Under the pieces are notes generated by a model. That model did no database searches. It saw only the letters and a list, made by a program, of their open reading frames with translations, and was not told the DNA's origin. A stretch of 64,000 nucleotides of DNA from a bacterium (GTDB lineage Bacteria; Acidobacteriota; HRBIN11; JAKEFK01). The DNA lies in contig JAKEFK010000024.1 of NCBI GenBank assembly GCA_022616075.1, positions 572 to 64,571 of the forward strand. The letters run 5' to 3'. This document shows, in pieces, positions 58,102 to 64,000 of the stretch (the first letter of the stretch is position 1; every line of letters starts with the position of its first letter). The position numbers and the translations under genes were made by a program.

Positions 58102-61100
58102 TTACTTATCCAGCCCGTGTGCGATTGCATAGCTCTTGTTTTTCTTGCACGCTTCGATGACCCGCTGCGGCCAATACCGCATGGCAGTGTATGCCCAATC
58201 ATACTCGCCGGCTTTCAATTCCTCCCACGCTTTCTTCGGTTCCGGTTTCCAAGAAGGCATCAGGAAATGAATAGGCGCTGCGTTCAACAGCACTCCATCA
58301 TCAAACTCCGGTTTCCATCCCACAACTTTGTGTTTGCCGTCCACTCCTGTGATCTCGACGTTAGCGGCTTCCTGGAGTTTTTTATCAAACTGCTTCAAGT
58401 CCTCGAGCAATTCCGCCAGCTCAGATATTTTTCTGCCCAACAATGCTTTCTCCTTTCCCGTTTTCTTCGGTTCCATCTGTTGTGCCTGTTGCAAGTCGGA
58501 GGTTGCGCGGTTGATTCGGCCACCTAAGTATCGGTTGCCTCTTAATAAGGATAGAGTATCGCCTGTCAGCTTTTCGTAAAAGGCGAAAACGTTGTAACTC
58601 TTCTCCGGTGATTGGAATAGCCAATAGATTGGACGCTTGCGATAGCGGCGAATATGCTCTTTGAAGAAATCACCAAGCAAATACTTTTCGAGATCTCCGC
58701 GCAGAGCACCGGCTTTACCGGTTGCCGTCTGAATGATCGCTGTTGCTTCCTTATCCTTATAGATCTCGGTCAGAATGCGGGGTACTCTTACTGCAAGATC
58801 ATCTGGATGGCCTTCTTCCAGCACCATGAGTCCATCCGCATCAGAAAGCTCGCGAAGTCGCTTTGCAGTTTCCACAGGGAATCTTCCGCAACCAAGTTCA
58901 CCTTCAATTCCCGGCTGAAATCGGCCTAATGTGATTCCAACAGCGTAGCTGATCCATCGGAATGCGAGTTCCCGCTTTGATAAAATCTCTGCTTCAGCTT
59001 TTTCCTCTTCTTCATCACCGTTTGATTCTTCTTCGCCGGATGCTGCCGGTTCAGCAAGTTCTGCCTCAATGGCTTTGCGATCCTCTTCTCCGATTTCGTA
59101 AAGTCGATAAACTTCTTCATCAATCCTTTCTTCAATTTCTTTCAGTTGCCCGCGTCTCGCTTTGATCTGTTCGATTCCGTTTACCCAGTCATGAGGTGCA
59201 ATGAAATCGTAAGTCGTTTCATCATCTTCGCTGCCCTGTTTTGCAATAGACACAGTCTGTTCAGAAAGCGATTGCAGTTTGGAACTCGCATGTTGAGGCA
59301 TTGGTAGTCGGGCAAGATCACCTACCTGGACATGAACCGTGGGATTGATCAACTTCAGTGCATACTGAGCGAACTGCGAGTTCATTACACCTAGTACATG
59401 ATAAACATCTTCTGGAAAAGCAGAGGACCCGGAAACATCGAAGATGAATCCGCCGGGGGACAACCGGGCGCTAAAGTGGCCGCCGGTTAAATCGGTCCAC
59501 GTAACGCCACGACGGAAATAGAATTCCGTCGATTTAATAATTCTTGACCAGCCTGAATTGCCGTATAACGGGTCGGCCCAAGCCTTTATTTCGTGACCAT
59601 TCTTCCCGTAATTAATGACATAATCTTGATTTCCAAACCATTTCTTGAATACTCCTCCTTTATTGTACGGGTACCATCTTTCAACTCGCCGCTCGCACTC
59701 TTCTCCATCTTGGCAATCGAAACCGATATTTGAAGACTTCACTTCCCACCAAAATTTCAAGAATCTGAAGTTGTCTGCAGTAGCCAAACCCTGCCTGGGC
59801 TCAGCGAATTGGTCAAGTGACAATGAAGTTTTGAATACGTTGCGTAGCTTTTCCGTGATCCAATACACCCATGGAGCTCCAGAAATGGCCGCGAAATCAC
59901 GCTGTCGGTATTCGTACACAAGTGCATCAGGTTCACCGGCTTTTCTGCGCCCGATCGCATTTTCGAACGCGAGCTGCTTCGCCACCGCATCGGGCTCCTT
60001 GACCAAACGAAAGTAAACACCGATAGAATTCTCCCGGTCATTCGGAAACGATTCACGCCGCAAAATAAAAGCTGTTGTATTTACTTTCTCACCTTGCACT
60101 TCTGGAAAGGCACGTGGCCCATGATGCGTCATCGCTTCGATCGCAAAGTTTTCGAGCAGCCACTCACGAAATTTTTCATAGCTGCTGATAAACATGAACG
60201 ACTGCTGTGTTACCATGGCCATTCGGCCGTCTTCATTCAATAGCTCGCCGCAACGCTGAATGAATGCTGCATAAAGATCACCCTTGCTGGCCGGGTACTC
60301 ATCCTTCAAAAACTGGACCATCTCAGGATTCATATTTCGGCTCGACATGTAGGGGGGATTCGTGAACACAACGTCGTATCGTTGTGATAGAAGTTGCAAC
60401 AGTCTCAAACCCTTGCTCGTTTCGCCAAGGAAAAACGACTCATCAGAGGCTTTTTTTTCGGCGTACGAATCAACAACACGTTTAATTTCCGGACCCGCAA
60501 TGCCTTGAAAATGTTCTTCAAGTCGTACGAGCGAACCCATTAATGCACCATCATCAACAGCTCGACAAAAATCCTGCATCAATTTTGTTGATATCTGTTG
60601 AGGAAGCTTGACACCAGATAAAGCCTGCTCCAGATGCTGTCCACGAAACATTGCAACATCAGAAGAGGCAAGATTACTGTCTTTGATTAAGCAATCTCTG
60701 TTTAAGGATTTCGCCCGAATATATAAGGTTAATGCTGACAACTGAACGGCGCGTAAATCGATATCAATTCCGTGGACATTTTTCCCAACGATCGCGGCTG
60801 GTATGTCTCCCTCACGTTCAACCGAAGAATGTTCTGGCCAGCCGGGCCTGCCTGCATTTGCAATCTCTTCACGATACATTTCGGCCAGTAAATCAAACGC
60901 AACCAACCCAAAATGCATCGTTCCTGTTGCCGGATCAAGCACTTTGACATCCGCTACTCGTTTCTCTGTCTTTGCTGCCGGTGTTTTTGGAATGGGAACG
61001 AGGTACTCCATACGGTTTGCAAGCTGAGAATCGGGATGCATTGTTAACCACAAACGGCCCAGGCTATTCTCAACCAAAAATTTAACGATCCAGCGTGGAG

Positions 61101-61848
61101 TGAATACTTGAGTGGCGGCAGGGATATCATCCTTTTGAAATTTCTTCTTTTGCTTGAACACCCGATCGAAGGCAGCGTCCTTTTCCTCCGCAATGAAGAA
61201 CTGATACACCCACCCGATGGTTTCTTCGTTGCCTGGCTCCCATGCCTCTTTTAAATCTTCGCGATTCAGCTCATCGATCAACTGGCGCAATATCTTCGGC
61301 CGCGGGAAAAGGCGGCTCGGGAGATTACCGGCATCAAAAAGCACTCGAATTTCAGAAGCGAGGGTGGCATATTGGGAAAGCAGAAAGTGGCGATAAGCCT
61401 TGTCTCTTGGACCTTCGCTTAGATCATCAACCGGAGTGCTGCCAGCTTCATAGAGCTTGAGATCTTGGTCGTGATCTCCTGAGCCAAGATATTTCTTAAA
61501 TGCGTTCGAGTCATGGTATTTGTTGATTGTTCCGGGCAGTAGCTTCCGGCCTTCAAGCATCTTTAGAGCCACCAACCGGTTCAAGTGAGTGAAAGCTACT
61601 TCTTTAACCAATCTGCTGCAGGCTTGCTCAGCCGTAAAACCCGCATCTTGTTCATCATTGAACAGCTTTTCCAGATCGCTTCGTGTTTGGAGTGCTTCTT
61701 CTGATCTGGCTAAGGCGGGAATTTGATTCTTCGGTAGGAAAGTGCCGTCCGTTGTTAACCCATACACCTGAAGAAGCAGTTCTTCGGCTTCGCGGCTCAG
61801 CAACTCACGCGCCCAGAGTGTTAGTTCACGTATTTTGTCTGTATTCAT
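58102..61848 (-). CDS. pglX: BREX N6-adenine DNA methyltransferase PglX
   Basis: 1248 aa. NPPY catalytic motif (VVFTNPPYMSS), an AdoMet-binding region and a large C-terminal TRD-like region. Confidence 0.85.
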   Translation of the reverse strand: MNTDKIRELTLWARELLSREAEELLLQVYGLTTDGTFLPKNQIPALARSEEALQTRSDLEKLFNDEQDAGFTAEQACSRLVKEVAFTHLNRLVALKMLEGRKLLPGTINKYHDSNAFKKYLGSGDHDQDLKLYEAGSTPVDDLSEGPRDKAYRHFLLSQYATLASEIRVLFDAGNLPSRLFPRPKILRQLIDELNREDLKEAWEPGNEETIGWVYQFFIAEEKDAAFDRVFKQKKKFQKDDIPAATQVFTPRWIVKFLVENSLGRLWLTMHPDSQLANRMEYLVPIPKTPAAKTEKRVADVKVLDPATGTMHFGLVAFDLLAEMYREEIANAGRPGWPEHSSVEREGDIPAAIVGKNVHGIDIDLRAVQLSALTLYIRAKSLNRDCLIKDSNLASSDVAMFRGQHLEQALSGVKLPQQISTKLMQDFCRAVDDGALMGSLVRLEEHFQGIAGPEIKRVVDSYAEKKASDESFFLGETSKGLRLLQLLSQRYDVVFTNPPYMSSRNMNPEMVQFLKDEYPASKGDLYAAFIQRCGELLNEDGRMAMVTQQSFMFISSYEKFREWLLENFAIEAMTHHGPRAFPEVQGEKVNTTAFILRRESFPNDRENSIGVYFRLVKEPDAVAKQLAFENAIGRRKAGEPDALVYEYRQRDFAAISGAPWVYWITEKLRNVFKTSLSLDQFAEPRQGLATADNFRFLKFWWEVKSSNIGFDCQDGEECERRVERWYPYNKGGVFKKWFGNQDYVINYGKNGHEIKAWADPLYGNSGWSRIIKSTEFYFRRGVTWTDLTGGHFSARLSPGGFIFDVSGSSAFPEDVYHVLGVMNSQFAQYALKLINPTVHVQVGDLARLPMPQHASSKLQSLSEQTVSIAKQGSEDDETTYDFIAPHDWVNGIEQIKARRGQLKEIEERIDEEVYRLYEIGEEDRKAIEAELAEPAASGEEESNGDEEEEKAEAEILSKRELAFRWISYAVGITLGRFQPGIEGELGCGRFPVETAKRLRELSDADGLMVLEEGHPDDLAVRVPRILTEIYKDKEATAIIQTATGKAGALRGDLEKYLLGDFFKEHIRRYRKRPIYWLFQSPEKSYNVFAFYEKLTGDTLSLLRGNRYLGGRINRATSDLQQAQQMEPKKTGKEKALLGRKISELAELLEDLKQFDKKLQEAANVEITGVDGKHKVVGWKPEFDDGVLLNAAPIHFLMPSWKPEPKKAWEELKAGEYDWAYTAMRYWPQRVIEACKKNKSYAIAHGLDK

Positions 61849-62705
61849 TTGGGAGGAGGATTATCTAATGCTTGCAAGAAGAACTTTTGGGCCACTAAAA
61901 ACTCTTCCCGGAGTTGAATCAGGCGTTGTGCAACAATTTCATCTAAGGCGAGACAAACATGGCGGGTCGTATCAACCGCCTGAGAGGTCCAGGAAAAGGC
62001 GATAGGCTGTCTGGTTCCTGATTCGTCATTTAGAACTCGATCACTCCTGTGAACGATATCGTTTCTTCTTTGGAGACAGTCTCCGACCACTTTTGTAACC
62101 TCAGCCGCTTTGCGATTTAGGCGAGCACCAACATCTGTCCAAGGATCCTTAAGACCGAGAAGCAACCCCACCGTCTTTAAACCATTAACAGATCCAAGAT
62201 TCTTATTTTGGACGTAGGAAACTATTTTTCTTCCCAAAAAAACTGAACTTTCCTCATCGTTTAACAGACGAAACGCTTCTCCTATTGGGAGCGACAAACC
62301 CTTAAAATATTCCGTCACGTCCTTGTCGCTTGGAAAGAAATCAGCACCCTTCATATCGATAACATCATGTATATGTTCCCCCAGCAGAGTGGACAGGTAT
62401 GTTTCGTAAGCTGTACATGCACTGACAACAGCTTGACGAAGGAGGTTATCAAGTGATTCGCGTTTCAGGGTTGATGGATGAATGCGCGCCTCTTCGCGAA
62501 TGATCCCAACAAAAATCGAATTAAGAATCAACTGCAACATTTCATCGGATCTGGCGCCCACAACACCCCGCAGTTTCGTGAGAAGCTCACTTTCGGTAAT
62601 TACCTTGTCGTTTTCCAACATTCGATACACATCCAACATTAGCTGGGCCAAACGAAAGCTGTTTTCGAAAACCTCTTTAGGCGAAAGAGTAGTGCTTACT
62701 CCCAT
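61845..62705 (-). CDS. Hypothetical protein embedded between brxC and pglX; possible HEPN-like Rx4H motif (RRNDIVHR)
   Basis: 286 aa. 4-nt overlaps with both neighbours suggest translational coupling within the BREX operon. Confidence 0.45.
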   Translation of the reverse strand: MGVSTTLSPKEVFENSFRLAQLMLDVYRMLENDKVITESELLTKLRGVVGARSDEMLQLILNSIFVGIIREEARIHPSTLKRESLDNLLRQAVVSACTAYETYLSTLLGEHIHDVIDMKGADFFPSDKDVTEYFKGLSLPIGEAFRLLNDEESSVFLGRKIVSYVQNKNLGSVNGLKTVGLLLGLKDPWTDVGARLNRKAAEVTKVVGDCLQRRNDIVHRSDRVLNDESGTRQPIAFSWTSQAVDTTRHVCLALDEIVAQRLIQLREEFLVAQKFFLQALDNPPPK

Positions 62706-64000
62706 ATAATTTTTTTGCCCTGTTCTAGTAGATTGAACAAATATTCCTGCAGACGTTCGATTGAGGCTTTCACGTTTTCGATTTCACTCTTCTCCGGATC
62801 TTTCGGGCCTGTAAAGAAACTCGCCAATTGCACTCGAGCAATATCCTCTTCACTTCCTCCTGCTGCAGCCACAATCTCCTGAATGCGTCTCTTTGCTGTA
62901 TTCACCAATCCAGGCAGAGCATCGAGATCTGTATTTAGGACAGCAAGCGTAGCGCCAGTCGTTCGATCTGCTTCTGCGAATGGAGGAAGATCAATCTCTT
63001 CAATAGCCCTTCTTCTCAAAGGCTCCAAGACTGTCTCCGCTTCAACATCTTTGAGTTGCAAGAATTCAGGCATTCCCTGTATTTCCTGAATTGCTTTGTC
63101 ATAAGACTCAAATCGTCGTTTGTGCAGGCCTTCATAGACTTCACGGTACACAGCCGCGATGGAATTGGCGAGGCGCCCGGCATCCTTGAACACGCTCGTT
63201 ATGTCAGGCGATTCCAGGATTGCCTTCAGCTCTGAAACAGCGTCTTGCACGCGGCCCTCCTCTCCTGCCAATCGAAGCGCGGGTGGAAGGGAATCAGTCG
63301 CTCTCCGATACATCCGGATCTTTTCAAGATTTTCGTCGTTCAAAAACTTCTCAATTTGATTGGCGGTGTCGCGCAACGATTGAATTGTTTTCCCCTGGCC
63401 TGAGAGCAATCTGACGCAATCGTCCGAAGCACCCGTGGTTACTGTCTCGAGAGTCTCTCTCCATTCTTCCAACAATCCTGTAAATGGAAGACGGTGCGCG
63501 CGGGCAGTCGCAAGAGCCGGCAACAACTTTTCCTTTTCCACGTCAGCTAATTTCCGGAACGACTCCGCAATCGCCCCTTCCTCGACATCCACTTCCTGTC
63601 CAATCATTGCCTCTAAGTTTCGTACTGCTGTTGTGAGCGTCTTCAAATCGATCGTTTCTCGCGGGGCAAAAGCAGCATTTCGAAAAGCAGGAGTATTGGT
63701 GAATGGAAGTCTGGCGAGAGGCTCCTGATAATTCCGGTAGGTGCGCCCCTGATGCGTTACATCAATGCTGCCTGACCGGAATAATGTGGCAAGGACTAGA
63801 CGGATAACATCCTGGTCCCACCCATATCCGAAATCGCCGAAGTGTTCTGCAATCTGTTTACCGGTTATTTTATTGCCAAACTGATGCTGAGCCTTCAAAT
63901 AATCCAGAATTTCGCGAGCAGATTCGGCATTAGAGTTAAGCACATAACGGTTCCCTTCAGTGGTAACAAGGTTCAGGCCTTCACCACCATGAAAAACAGC
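62696..64000 (-). CDS. brxC: BREX BrxC/PglY, C-terminal portion; continues past the window edge
   Basis: The open frame runs to position 64000 without a stop. Position is immediately upstream of pglX in the canonical type-1 order. Confidence 0.55.
   Translation of the reverse strand, partial: AVFHGGEGLNLVTTEGNRYVLNSNAESAREILDYLKAQHQFGNKITGKQIAEHFGDFGYGWDQDVIRLVLATLFRSGSIDVTHQGRTYRNYQEPLARLPFTNTPAFRNAAFAPRETIDLKTLTTAVRNLEAMIGQEVDVEEGAIAESFRKLADVEKEKLLPALATARAHRLPFTGLLEEWRETLETVTTGASDDCVRLLSGQGKTIQSLRDTANQIEKFLNDENLEKIRMYRRATDSLPPALRLAGEEGRVQDAVSELKAILESPDITSVFKDAGRLANSIAAVYREVYEGLHKRRFESYDKAIQEIQGMPEFLQLKDVEAETVLEPLRRRAIEEIDLPPFAEADRTTGATLAVLNTDLDALPGLVNTAKRRIQEIVAAAGGSEEDIARVQLASFFTGPKDPEKSEIENVKASIERLQEYLFNLLEQGKKIIWE

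Noticed and set aside
60352-60357. C6/G6 tract in pglX as a phase-variation site
   Set aside because: It simply encodes the Pro-Pro of the NPPY motif (CCC CCC). That is a common codon outcome rather than a dedicated slippery tract. The A8 run at 60451..60458 is the better candidate.
1-64000. CRISPR arrays, tRNA/rRNA genes, IS elements, integrases or prophage cores that could explain the repeats
   Set aside because: I saw no repeat-spacer periodicity, no tRNA-like cloverleaf termini (GGTTCGAATCC-type), and no transposase or integrase ORFs. The repeats present are gene-5' duplications and short palindromes.

Overview
This is a 64 kb bacterial window at about 50% GC; an ADOP-family FtsX permease and two DUF5916-type paralogs suggest Acidobacteria. 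The 5' two-thirds (1-38 kb) is metabolic and accessory: two class-C beta-lactamase-like hydrolases (one pseudogenised), MDR and SDR oxidoreductases, a GC-rich S9 peptidase, AraC, LysR and GlxA regulators, an amino-acid catabolism cluster (class-V aminotransferase, two RidA, M20 peptidase, ornithine cyclodeaminase, Asp racemase, arginase-family, GGCT-like), a ChrA chromate transporter and a ChrB-like protein. It also holds a thioredoxin-fold gene with an in-frame TGA in a UxxC motif, which is a putative selenoprotein, plus a decayed paralog that retains the TGA. This part carries many frameshifted or fragmented genes, several at G5 or A5 homopolymers. It also carries duplicated gene-5' leaders flanking inserted blocks and a 1.9 kb inversion that splits two genes. 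The 3' third (38-64 kb) is a defence and signalling island. It runs HigB/HigA, then a Cys-rich hypothetical with a nuclease-like core. Next is a four-gene operon (hypothetical, Zn-ribbon plus degenerate PilB/GspE-like protein, REC-like/Ser-Thr kinase, sigma54 enhancer-binding protein). On the opposite strand lie a multiubiquitin-E1-E2 operon, a GHKL/MORC-like ATPase, a fused XRE-ImmA/IrrE regulator, and a type-1 BREX cluster (BrxC partial, an embedded HEPN-like gene, PglX, PglZ, BrxL). I found no rRNA, tRNA, CRISPR array, transposase or integrase.
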